Source: Hypanus sabinus (taxonomy: Eukaryota). Taken from it: a stretch of DNA of 64,000 nucleotides. The notes under the pieces were generated by a model. The model saw only the letters and a list, made by a program, of their open reading frames with translations, was not told where the DNA came from and searched no databases. The number at the start of each line of letters is the position of its first letter. Position 1 is the stretch's first letter. This document shows positions 39,540-50,884 of the stretch, piece after piece. A program made the translations under genes and the position numbers. The stretch is from assembly GCF_030144855.1 (NCBI RefSeq), contig NC_082735.1:17422001-17486000 (forward strand), given 5' to 3'.

Positions 39540-40270
39540 AGCCGGTCCATGTCTGCAGGGCCCGCCGCTGGGCAGCGATCAGTGGTGGGAGCAGCGCCGG
39601 CGAGAGGCGGCAAAGCAACCGGGGCAAGGGGGCGGATACTGGATGGAGGGAGGGCGGCAGTCAAGGCTGCGAACTTCCTATCTCCCGGCCCTTCAACGCA
39701 GCCCGCAGCTCCCCTCGAACCGGAGCCCCGCTTCGCCGATGACCCGCCGCGGGCTCCCGTACTGGCAGCTCTGCCTCTCGGGCCCGGCTCCCGCCGCCTG
39801 GCCTGGCCTGGCCTGTACCCGCCTTCCCTCCTCCAAACCGGCTACCGCCACGGCGCAAGGTCCCGCCTCTTTCTCGAAGCTTCGCGCCGGCTCCCTGCTT
39901 CTCAACGGAGAGGGTTTTGTTTTCGTTCCGCACCGCGCTCACCGCCAGTTCCTGCTTCCTCTTCACCAGCTCGGCCAGCTCCCGCCGGGTGTCCGGGATC
40001 TGCGGTGCCTGCGCCTTGTTGTGCATCGCCATACTGGAGATGAGGAGCGGGAGGCGCCCCAAGCTGAGCCGAGCCGAACCGAACGCTTCTCCAGGCCGCA
40101 GGAGCTCGGAGGCTCGGCGGACCTCCGGGCAGCAGGGGCCGCCAGCGCGACGCCCGGAACCCGGCGGGCGGACTGCCGCCCCGAGCGCCGCCGGCAGCAC
40201 GGGAGGGCACATTGCAGCAGCCGAGCCCAGGAATGACGTCCAGGCGCACCGCCCCCTAGCGCAGTTAAAT
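39540..40270. promoter_or_regulatory. CpG island / promoter and exon 1 of MEAF6
   Basis: Sharp GC- and CpG-rich block in an AT-rich background; near-CRE TGACGTC at 40234-40240. Confidence 0.85.
39943..40032 (-). CDS. MEAF6: MEAF6 (MYST/Esa1-associated factor 6) coding exon 1
   Basis: ATG at 40032; [30 protein letters not shown] is the Eaf6 N-terminus; 90 nt; donor GCG|GTGAG; inside a CpG island. Confidence 0.97.
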
Positions 40271-42739
40271 CAAAGTGCTGGAGACGCTAAACATAGTTAA
40301 TATTTGAGGCCCCAACATCCCTCAGCAGACCATAGAACGGTACAGCACAGAAATCTTTATTTTCATTATTTAAATTATTAAATTAAGTATTTTAGAGTCT
40401 CGTTTTGTAAAATATCATGGCTAGTTCTATTCTAACTTAGTGGGTAGCATAGTTACTTAACTGTTAGGGCTGCACTTCATGACGCCAGTGATCGGGAGGG
40501 TTCCGTTCTTGCTGCCTTCTGTGTGGAGTTTCTATGTCCTCCCTGTGACTGCGTAGGTTTCCTCCAGGTGCTTTTGTGTCCTCCCACATCCCAAATGGCA
40601 TGTGGGTTATTATGTTGTGGGCATGCTGTACTGATGCCAAAAGCATGACAACACTTACACCCAGCACATCCTCCGACCGTGTTGGCCATAGATTTCAATG
40701 TTTCTATGTACATATGGCAAATAAAGCAAACCTTTTAATCAGAGAACGGTGATGTACGTACTCTACCCATTGTTACGACCATCCAGACATTTACGACATT
40801 TGTCCAGACAAACAGTAGGCTTAATAATTCCTTAATGAATTATTCCCTGCAATTCATTCGCTCATATGCTCAGCAGCTCCCCCTATTGATTATTTTATCA
40901 TTTAGCTATATTAAGACATAATTTTCAGTAGCCAGTTGATCTAACACTTTGTCATTGGGATATGGAGAGAAAGCAGAACAGCAGGAGGAAATAGAAGGAA
41001 TATGCAAACACTCACAGCACTAAGAAGTCTGGCACCATGATGAGGGAGAAGTACCACCATCAGTAAGCTCATTATTGGAAACGAAAAGCAGTTTTCCAAA
41101 AATTGATATTCAAGTAAATTATTGGCATTAATCAAATAGTTGCCATTGTTTGCAAAGAGTCATTATTAAAAGAGGCTGTTGTGGGTATCCAGCTTCCAAA
41201 CAATGATATCTGAATATCCACAGGAGTTTTTGTCAATTGAGGTATACTCCCATTGTTAATATGTAATAGTATTTCTCTCCTCCCAGAGATATTGAAGTAA
41301 GATATATAATTATAACACCTTAATGCATTCAATCACCTGCTGTTAGGTTGTGACAAAGAGTGTAATACCACTATGTACTTTCTTCCCCCATGTCTCTACT
41401 GAGTCTGTCGTTGTTCTGAAATGAAGACTTTTTACATTTACAGCTCTGGTCTTGCTGTGGCTCATTCAATGATATTGCACCACCTTGCTCACCGTATATT
41501 CATCCATGACAGACCTTTATTTACTGACATACGGTGCGGATGGAAAAAGCCCTCCGCACCATGCTGGCCCCAAGCAACCCCTGATTTAACCCTGCCCCAA
41601 TCACGGGGTGATTCACAATGACCAATTAACCTACTAACGGGTACGCCTTTGGACTGTGGGAGCACCCGGAGGAAATCCACATGGTCACGGGGAGAATGTA
41701 CAAACTCCTGACGGGCAGTGTCAGGAATTGAACCTGAGTTGCTGATGCTGTACAGCAATGTGCTAGCCACTATGCTACTATGTGACTCCAGTATGAAATA
41801 AGAATAGGCTCATTTTCGCTGATTTTTATTGCACACTCTGATCAAGTTTATTTACTGAGTTACAGTGTGGAATAGAACTTTCTGGCCACTCATCAGTCCC
41901 TGATTAAACCCCAGCCTAATCACGGGACAATTTATAATGATCAATTAACCTACCAACCAGTACCTCTTTGTTCTGCGAGAGGAAACTGGAGTGCCCAGAG
42001 TAAACCCATATGATCACAGGGAGAACATACAAACTCCTTACAGACAGCGGCAGGAATTGAACCTGGATCGCTGGTACAATAAAGCATCTGGACCCAGGTC
42101 TAGAAGAGGACCGGGGTAAGCCTGGTCTGTATCCTGATATAGCGGCAGCATTGTGTGAGAACCTGGAGACCTGGCCCTATATCACAAGAGCTACCAACCA
42201 CTGTGGACGATTTATTTGCTCTAAAGACCATGCTCCAGTTGATTGAACCCTGGGGATCTGACTTCAGCACCAGCTGGCAACAAGGTCTAGGCAGAAAAGT
42301 GGCAGTTTCTAACCAAAAGTCCTTACGCTGCAGTGCAAAACAGCTCATTTTAAGCAGTTGTAGCTGACCCTGGATTCATTTGGTTTTATCAGAAATTTAT
42401 TATACCATTACAATATCATCTAGAGTGGCTAATTTTCCATTCAGATGCAGTAGGCACTAGACTATGTGGGATTATGGGCAATACCAGTGGCAGCTCAAGC
42501 GTCATCATCAGGCAGAAAATGCGGCATTTTTCATGGATATTACTTCAATTCAGAATAACAGGCAAACTCAATAAACCACCTTAAATGTAAATCAACATTC
42601 AGAAACTAACACAGTTTGGCAGCAGACCTAAAAAGTAGGGCAATTTCAACAAATAAAAAGCCCTTAAAACTACAGTATTTCAAAGCCAATATCTGCCAAT
42701 CACTTAGAGGTGCCATTTCATTTCATTTGTCTTAAGAAC

Positions 42740-43300
42740 GTTACAAGGTCAGGGTTGACCATGGATGTTGTGTCCGAGCTGTCTAGATATGCAAGCCTGG
42801 GCAGTATGGAGAGCAAGCTGTTACCCTAGTAGCAAGCTGCCTTTCTCCACGCGTCTGATGAACCCACAGGAATGGCAGAGACTGATGCCACCAGCAGCAT
42901 CGCAGAAGTCACCAGAACTTAACATAGGACTGCCTTAGGGACTGCAGCTCCAGAATTTTTCCCCTCGGGGTTTACTCCCAAAGCCTTCCCCACGAATGGG
43001 CATAGCCCCATGGCTGTGGAGGTTTGAGATCAGAATTTTCCTTCTCCCTGTTGAGAAGCCAGCCACGGCTGATGAGCCCAACCTGACTGAAGCAACTGGT
43101 ATGGAGACACCAGTAACCTGTCTTTGCCCCTTCTCCTGTCAGTAGGAATGGTTCCATCGACATTAGTAGCTAAGCCACACATGAAGGCCAAGAGCTGGAC
43201 TTGGTTGCCAGAGGCTGTTTGAGGTGGACGCCATTGGGAGCATTTAATAGGTAGTGGGAGCTTATTCCCATTACCACCCCCTGGCTATAACAAACTTAAG
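42740..43300 (-). repeat. Interspersed repeat (RTE-like non-autonomous family); related copy at about 57550-57990 (+)
   Basis: Shared CCTATTAAATGCTCCCAATGGCGT...AACCAAGTCCAGCTC block in opposite orientations. Confidence 0.65.
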
Positions 43301-44222
43301 GAACCTGTTACAATGGCCTTTCAAAGGATAATAATATATATTATTTGCTTGTGGTAGACAATGGCAGAAATGTTCGCAAGAATAAAAGCACTTCAGAATA
43401 CTGTAGGGCAGAAGGCTGTTCACAATTACACGAAAGAAAATTATTTCTTTGGTATTGGAGTTAGAATTGGTTTATTATTGTCACATGCTCTGAGGTACTT
43501 TGAAAATCTCGTTTTGCGTACTGTTCAAATAATTACACAGTGCTCTGAGGGTGTAAAGGTAAAATAACAACAGAATAGACCAGAATGCAATAACCACAGA
43601 GAAAGTGTATTGCACAAAGAATCTTTATGGTAAAAACCTGATCTTTTTTGGCATCGACTGACTGTCCTCATAGAAAACAGAAGTTGATGCATTTTAAGTA
43701 CAATTTATAAATAAGTGTAACACTTACCCAAAAGGCTGGTATATGTCTAGGGCAGGGGTCAGCAACCTTTACCACTGAAAGAGCCACTTGGACCCGTTTC
43801 CCACAGAAAAGAAAACACTGGGAGCCGCAAAACCCGTTTGACATTTAAAATGAAATAACACTGCATACAACGTTTTTTTTGCCTTTATGCTATGTATAAA
43901 CAAACTATAATGTGTTGCATTTATGAAATTGATGAACTCCTGCAGAGAAAACGAAATTACATTTCTGCATGCAACAAAAACATTTTGAACTCCGAAAAAA
44001 AGACGTTGGGTTGAAGGTTACTTTTAAGTAAAATACTCAACGTCTATTTGAGTCCTTCTTGTATTTATGAAAAACGCCAAACTTAAATTTGCCGCCAGCA
44101 GCAAACCAAAAATAACATCAGCCAGCTGTCAGCCTGAAAAATAAAAGGACTATTTCACTGAACAATGAAAAAATATGAATATACATAAAATAATAGGCAA
44201 TTAAAATATTTATCATACTTGG

Positions 44223-46157
44223 TTAATGGGATTTCTGCTCCTGGACCTCAGCGCACAGCGTCTGCACAGCAGGGCTGTATGACGTCACCTTCATCTTTAC
44301 ACAGGATCGCAAGCTGTCATCTGTGAGGCGTGCGCGATGTTTGTTTTTAATAAAGTTCATGTTGGAGAACACCTGCTCACATACATATGTGGATCCAAAG
44401 ATCGACAGGACTCCAAGCGCATACTTTTTCATGTTTACATAAATGTCGGGCATAGCATTCCATGTTTCGAACACAAGTTTGTCCGGTTTTGGAAGGTTTT
44501 CAATATCACTCCATTTGTGATTCTGAGCAAGAACGGCCTTCTGACGGGCAACATCTTCAAGGTCTGCTGTCAAGCGTCTAAACTTGGACACCCATATGTC
44601 TTTGTCGGCTATGTCGGCCAGTTCCATCTCAAGATCAGGTTGACTCACACCTGCCAATGCAGTCGTATTCAGTAGGGAAGGATCGATGCTTAAGGGAGTG
44701 ACCGGGAAGGATAATGTGTTTTTTTCCTCTCTGAACTCACAGAAGCGTTTCCCAAATGATGTTTGCATTGCGATGATTGCAGAATGTAAATACTCCGAAA
44801 TTATCATGTCGTGACCTTGTTTGAACTCTCTCAAATTGGGGAAGTGAGACAAAGTGCCTTTCTGTAAATCTCTGGCAAGCACTGTCAACTTGCGCTCGAA
44901 TGCCAAAACATCCTCCAACATGTGCAGGGCTGTGCGTCCTTTCCCCTGAAGAGCTGTGTTCAGCGTGTTCAGGTGCGCTGTCATGTCTACCATGAAGTGT
45001 AGCTTTTCCAGCCACTCTGGCTGTTCCAGCTCAGGAAAGGTGAGCCCTTTGCTGCCCAGGAAAGTTTTCACTTCTTCCAGACACGCGACAAAGCGTTTCA
45101 GCACCTCCCCTTTGGACAGCCACCGGACTTTGTTGTGCAGCAGGAGATCAGAATATGCGCTTTCCATCTCGTCCAGTAACAAACGGAATTGACGGTGATT
45201 TAAACTTTTTGCCATTATTTTATTGACAATCTGAATGACAACATCCATTACTTCTGTGCATTCCGGAGGAAATGTTTGAGCGCACAGTGCCTCTTGGTGC
45301 AAGATGCAGTGAAAAGTCAGCAGCTTTCTGTCCAGCGACTTCTGCAGTAAAGCCACAAATCCCTTGTGCGTTCCCGTCATATTCGGAGCCCCATCAGTAG
45401 CTACTGACACCAGATGGGTGGTCTTTATTCCTTTGGCTCTTAAACAATTCAAGACAGCCTCACAGATGTCCTCCCCCCGTGTTTGGTCTTTTAGAGGTAT
45501 CAACTCAATCAGTTCTTCCTGTGGCCCGGCAGAGTTTACATACCGGCAGAACAACGCTATTTGTTCAATATCACCTTTGTCTTTAGACTCGTCACAGGCA
45601 ATCGAGTAGGCCACAGCTGAATTGATGTCTTTAATTTGCTGTCTTGTGATGTCTTCTGCCATTTTTATGGTTCTGTCTTTGACAGTCTTTGCAGAGAGGG
45701 GCATATCCCTGATTTTCTGCACAATTTCACTCTTGTTTTTAAAGTCCGTGAATAGATGTTCTGAAATCTTAATGAAAGATTCTTTTATATATTCACCATC
45801 TGTAAACTGCTTCCCGTGCCTGACTATTTCCTGAGCGGCAATATAACTGGTGTATGTCGTTGATTTTCCAGACTTCATCCATTTCTGGAAATGATTTTTG
45901 CTCAGATCAACCTTCCGCATCAGTTCCGAAACGGCTTTTTTTCTCTCATCTCCATCCGGATATTTTTGAGCAAAGGCTGCGTGTTTACTCTGGAAATGCC
46001 TTGCGACATTTGACTTTTTGTTGTTTGCTAGTTTCTCATTGCATATTAAGCATACCGGTAAACCAGTCTCGTCAACAGTGAAAGCAAATGAATCTGTCCA
46101 CGTATCATTAAACGTTCTGTTTTCTTCAGTCACTTTTCTTTTTTTAGAATTCTCCAT
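44223..46157 (-). CDS. hAT transposase (GTF2IRD2/EPM2AIP1-like family), 644 aa, uninterrupted
   Basis: First ATG at 46157 (MENSKKRK); BED-type finger CLIC...RHFQSKH; catalytic D (ACDES), D (ATDGA), CxxH (HCILH), W (VRWLS), E (CEQVFS); C-terminal hAT dimerisation region. Confidence 0.95.
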   Translation of the reverse strand: MENSKKRKVTEENRTFNDTWTDSFAFTVDETGLPVCLICNEKLANNKKSNVARHFQSKHAAFAQKYPDGDERKKAVSELMRKVDLSKNHFQKWMKSGKSTTYTSYIAAQEIVRHGKQFTDGEYIKESFIKISEHLFTDFKNKSEIVQKIRDMPLSAKTVKDRTIKMAEDITRQQIKDINSAVAYSIACDESKDKGDIEQIALFCRYVNSAGPQEELIELIPLKDQTRGEDICEAVLNCLRAKGIKTTHLVSVATDGAPNMTGTHKGFVALLQKSLDRKLLTFHCILHQEALCAQTFPPECTEVMDVVIQIVNKIMAKSLNHRQFRLLLDEMESAYSDLLLHNKVRWLSKGEVLKRFVACLEEVKTFLGSKGLTFPELEQPEWLEKLHFMVDMTAHLNTLNTALQGKGRTALHMLEDVLAFERKLTVLARDLQKGTLSHFPNLREFKQGHDMIISEYLHSAIIAMQTSFGKRFCEFREEKNTLSFPVTPLSIDPSLLNTTALAGVSQPDLEMELADIADKDIWVSKFRRLTADLEDVARQKAVLAQNHKWSDIENLPKPDKLVFETWNAMPDIYVNMKKYALGVLSIFGSTYVCEQVFSNMNFIKNKHRARLTDDSLRSCVKMKVTSYSPAVQTLCAEVQEQKSH

Positions 46158-46255
46158 AGTTGGCTTACCTTGGATCGAAAAATTAAAGAAATCGCGCACT
46201 GGCGGGTGTCAGGTATTGGCAGTGGTGACGTATATTAATAGCGATAAAAACACGT

Positions 46256-46467
46256 CGTAGCGGTGTGCTCACGCAGTCAGTAAACTGCAGTCGAATAACT
46301 TTATTCGAACTAAACAGCCTTGCTTTTAAGCCTCCCTCAACCCAGCCCCCATGGACGCAGATGCTGCAAAAGACGCGTACTCACAAACCCCCGTAGGCTA
46401 TCTCCCTTAGCCGGAATGCTGGCTAATTGTGAGCCGTTTCGGATGTGCCAGGAAATGTGTCGCCACA
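46256..46467 (-). mobile_element. LTR-like cassette inside the hAT 5' region
   Basis: Minus strand reads TGTGGCG...CGCTACG (imperfect inverted ends), with TATA-like TTAAAA and AATAAA inside; no TSD visible. Confidence 0.45.
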
Positions 46468-48638
46468 CTTAGATTGTACAAGATCACCATAATCTTCAAA
46501 TTTAGAATTACATTTCAAAAGCTAACAAACTAACATAAAATACATTTTAATTAAATACTGACCAATTATTTCCCAAAGCCACAGGGAGCCGCAGCACAGA
46601 GGTGAAAGAGCCACAAATGGCTCGGGAGCCGCAGGTTGCTGACCCCCGGTCTAGGGGAAACGGAGATCCAGCCACTCACCAACCTACCTCCTGTTCGCAC
46701 AGGTGCTGTGAGAATCGAGTTTTATGCCTTGCGCCCGCCAACAGTATCAAACCCACAACAAATACAGTTATGAAATACACTTTAAAGAGTTTACTAAAAT
46801 TAAAAGAGTATTAGGCAATACAATATATATATAAGGAAAACAAAAGGCACCAACTTATCAAAGTTCAGTCTGTTTAGTGCACTCGTTGGAGCTCAATCAA
46901 CGAACCAACGACCCATCTGACCGCCACGCCGTCGCACCTGGGACCACCCCGGTGGTCTTACGAGCAGTCCAGCGCACGTCCACCTTCCTCAGCGTCTTCC
47001 TCCCGACTCCCCTCACACCAAAAACCCGCGAAAATCCCTCGCCCAAGCTCCCAGCCTCACAAGACACAATAACATTCCCCATTGATTAACAAATGAATAC
47101 AATTACCATATCAGCCATTCTAAAGCGAAACAACGGCGAGAGAAACACTTATCCGACAAAGAAGCATTCCTACTTGTAACAAACCAAAGAAGCCATTTTG
47201 AGTAACATACACAGGACATTGTACATAAGTAAAACATATCCAAATTTGTTCTTGATAATAATGAAAGACAAAGAAGAATCCTAATAGCTGAAATCTTTCA
47301 GAGATTGTCACGTAATGACTCGAATGTTGGAACAGAAGTGAAATCCTGAAGAAACTGAAGGGGAAATACATCAGATTGGATATTCTGAAGTTTCTGCTGG
47401 AAGCTGAACACTGTTTGGGGTTTTAGAATGTGGGGTTGCAGGAACAGTTCTGCCTAATGCACAATCTAATTTAAAATAGACAACCAGACATCACAGCAGA
47501 AATTATAGTACGGGGTCCTGGGGCAATGATGACATTGCGTCCACCTCTGTGGGCAAGCTGACTATACTTGCCCTGCGTAGGGGAATTAGGAAGCTCAAAT
47601 GGAGTCAAGAAATGAACGTTTGTTAATGACCCTATTGGCACTCGGTTCATAGACTTTATATGTGATGTGCTAACTCAGACTGCAATGAAGCACAAGAGGT
47701 TCTCCTGCTACATGCTGTCACAAATCTCATAAAATACAACTGGGAAGATGTGGTCAAAGAATAAATAATATATGGTAGCATATATAGGATATAGACCATT
47801 AAAGCACAGGAACTGATTCTTCGGCCCACAATGTTGTGCTGAACAGTTATGCTAATAACGTCTAATATCTTCCGCCTGCATATGACTCTCCATTCTCTGT
47901 GTATTCACGTGCATACCTAAGTACCTCTTAAATGCCTCTATCATTTCTGTGTCTACCAGATACCCATGCGCCCACCATGATGTAAAAAATCTTGTACATC
48001 CCCTTTAAACTTAAAGCCATGTTCTCTAGTTGGACAGTTTAACACTTGGGAAAAGATGACTGCTGTTTACACTATCTATGCCTCACATAATTTTACAAAC
48101 ATCTTTGTGATCCCCTTGCTCGTACCCCTCAGTCTGCGGCTCTCCAAATAAAACTATTCAAATTTGTCCATCCATACACATTTCTCCCTCACCCTCCATC
48201 TGGTTCCACGGAAGTTCACCCCTCCCATAATGGTTCCCATTCTCACCACGTTCACTTGTCAGAAACTGTCCCAAAGAAGGGTCTTGGCCCGAAACGGCGA
48301 CCTTTCATTCATTTCCAATAGGTGCTGCCTGACCTGCTGAGTTCCTCCAGTATTTTGTGTGTGTTGCTCAGCATTTGTAAGCAGCATTCAGAAGAAAACA
48401 AAATCATAAACTAAACATTAATTATACACAAATTTTACAAGAAATAATTAGAACAAAAAAAAAATGGTCTATTTCAGGCAAAGTGGTCAAAATGATCAGA
48501 GTGTTCTTCAATTGCAATCATTACATTATTGGCAGCTAATTCAAGAACTAAATGCTTGAAGGGAGTTAGCTGTTCTTGAACCTGTGGTGGAGGACTTCAG
48601 GTTGTGGTACCTCTCAAATGACGGCAGTTGTAATTTGT

Positions 48639-50884
48639 AAACACGAGGAAATCTGCAGATGCTGGAAATTCAAACAACACACACAAAATGCTGGTGGAAC
48701 ACAGCAGACTAGGCAGCATCTATAGGGAGAAGCGCTGTCGACGTTTTGGGCCGAGACCCTTCGTCAGGACTAACCGAAAGGAAAAATAGTAAGAGATTTG
48801 AAAGTAGTGAGGGGACGGGGAAATGCGAAATGATAGGAGAAGACCGGAGGGGGTGGATGAAGCTAAGAGCTGGAAAGGTGGTTGGCAAAAGTGATACAGA
48901 GCTGGAGAAGGGAAAGGATCATGGGACAAAGAAAGAAGTGTGGGGGGGGGGGGGGGAGCACCAGAAGGAGATGGAGAACAGGCAAACAATTAAATATGTC
49001 AGGGATGGGGTAAGAAGGGGAGGAGGGGCATTAACGGAAGTTAGAGAAGTCAATGTTCGTGCCGTCAGGTTGGAGGCTACCCAGCCAGTATATAAGGTGT
49101 CGTTCCTCCAACCTGAGTTTGGATTCATCTTGACAATAGAGGAGGCCATGGATAGACATATCAGAATGGGAATGGGACGTGGAATTAAAATGTGTGGCCA
49201 CTGGGAGATCCTGCTTTTTCTGGCGGACAAAATGTTCCGCAAAATGGTCTCCCGGTCTGTGTCAGGTCTCACCAATATATAAAAGGCCACACCAGGAGCA
49301 CCGGACGCAGTATACCACACCAGCCAACTCACAGGTGAAGTGTCGCCTCACCTGGAAGGACTGTCTGGGGCCCTGAATGGTGGTGAGGGAGGAAGTGTAA
49401 GGGCAGGTGTAGCACTTGTTCTGTTTACAAGGATAAGTGCCAGGAGGGAGATCGGTGGGAAGGGGTGGGGGGGGATGAGAGGACAAGGGAGTCGCGTAGG
49501 GAGCAGAAAGCAGAAAGAGGGGGGGGGAGGGAAAAATGTGTTTGGTAGTGGGATCCCGTTGGAAGTGGTGGAAGTTATGGAGAATTATATGTTGGACCTG
49601 GAGGCTGGTGGGGTGGTAGGTAAGGACAAGGGGAACCCTATCCCAAGTGGGGTGGCAGGTGGATGGGGTGAGGGCAGATGTGCGGGAAATGGGAGAGATG
49701 CGTTTGAGAGCAGAGTTGATGGTGGACGAAGGGAAGCCCCTTTGTTTAAAAAAGGAAGACACCTCCTTCGTCCTGGAAAGAAAAGCCTCATCCTGAGAGC
49801 AGATGCGGTGGAGACGGAGGAATTGTGAGAAGGGGATAGCATTTTTGCAAGAGACAGGGTGGGAAGAGGAATAGTCCGGGTAGCTGTGAGAGTCTGTAGG
49901 CTTATAGTAGATATCAGTAGATAGGCCATCTCCAGAAATGGAGACAGAAAGATCAAGAAAGGGGAGGGAGGTGTCAGAAATGGACCAGGTAAATTTGAGG
50001 GCAGGGTGAAAGTTGGAGACAAAGTTAATGAAGTCGACGAGCTCAGCATGTGTGCAAGAGGCAGCGCCAATGCAGTCGTCGATGTAGCAAAGGAAAAGAG
50101 GGGGATGGATAGCCTCGGAACATGGACTCTTCCATAAAGCCAACAAAAAGGCAGGCATAACTGGGACCCATACGGGTGCCCATGGCTACACCCTTGGATT
50201 GGGGGAAGTGGGAGAAGTCAAAGGAGAAATTATTGAGAGTAAGAACTAATTCCGCTAGACAGAGGAGAGTGGTGGTAGAGGAGATTTGGCTAGGTCTGGA
50301 ATCCAAAAAAAAAACCGAAGAGCTTCGAGACCATCTCAGTGGGGGATGGAGGTATATAGGGACTGGACGTCCATGGTGAAAATAAGATGGAGGGGGCCAG
50401 GGAACTTAAAATCATTGAAAAAATTCAAAGCATGAGAAGTGTCACGAACATAGGTGGGAAGCGATTGAACAAGGGGGGATAAGACAGTGTCAAGGTATGC
50501 AGAAATGAGTTCAGTGGGGCAGGAGCAAGCTGAGACAATAGGTCTACCTGGACAGGCAGGTTTGTGGATCTTGGGTAGGAGGTAGAAACAGGAAGTGCGG
50601 GGTGTGGGAACTATGAGGTTTGTGGCAGTGGATGGGAGATCCCCAGGGCTAATAAGGTTGGTGATGGTATAGGAGACAATGGCCTGGTGCTCCTTGGTGG
50701 AATCATGATCAAGGGGTAAATAAGAGGAGGTATGAGAGTTGTCGCTGTGTCTCGGCCAGGTAGAGGTCAGTACACCAGACAACAGCTCCCCCCTTATCAG
50801 CAGGTTTTATAGTGAGGTTGGGATTGGTGCGGAGGGAGCGGAGAGCAGAGCATCCGGAAGGAGTGAGGTTGGAATTGGAACAAT
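48639..50884 (-). mobile_element. Penelope-like retroelement (RT + GIY-YIG endonuclease + 3' pseudo-LTR), 5'-truncated and frameshifted
   Basis: IKPADKGGAVV, FYLLPKIHK, TMDVQSLYTSIPH, GVAMGTRMGPSYA, CYIDDC; GIY-YIG VVYCVRCSWCGLLYIGET; 15-bp direct repeat GCAGTTGTAATTTGT at 48624-38 and 50885-99. Confidence 0.93.

Larger units (their letters stand above)
43753..46648 (-). mobile_element. Complete autonomous-type hAT DNA transposon (Buster/Charlie/SPIN group), 2,896 bp
   Basis: TIRs CAGGGGTCAGCAACCT and CGGGGGTCAGCAACCT (15/16 match); perfect 8-bp TSD GTCTAGGG (43745-52, 46649-56) with central TA; subterminal GAGCCRCA repeats at both ends; intact transposase ORF. Confidence 0.96.
43716..47225 (-). 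mobile_element. Solo LTR (about 606 bp net), interrupted by the hAT transposon
   Basis: Begins TGTAAC at 43716 and ends TGTACA at 47225; 4-bp TSD TAAG on both sides (43712-15, 47226-29); sequence is continuous across the hAT TSD; strand tentative. Confidence 0.75.

Noticed and set aside
39302-40300. Several long overlapping ORFs (up to 252 aa) on both strands
   Set aside because: By-product of the stop-poor GC-rich CpG island; only the 90-nt MEAF6 exon has homology and splice support
43150-43300. Possible HDV-like ribozyme at the 5' end of the RTE-like repeat
   Set aside because: I could not assemble the nested double pseudoknot by eye; it needs a motif or covariance search on the family consensus
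44223-46199. Calling the ORF a domesticated host gene (EPM2AIP1, GTF2IRD2 or ZBED)
   Set aside because: Intact TIRs, a perfect TSD and insertion inside an LTR show a mobile element; the ORF-track start at 46199 is a GTG, and the first ATG is 46157
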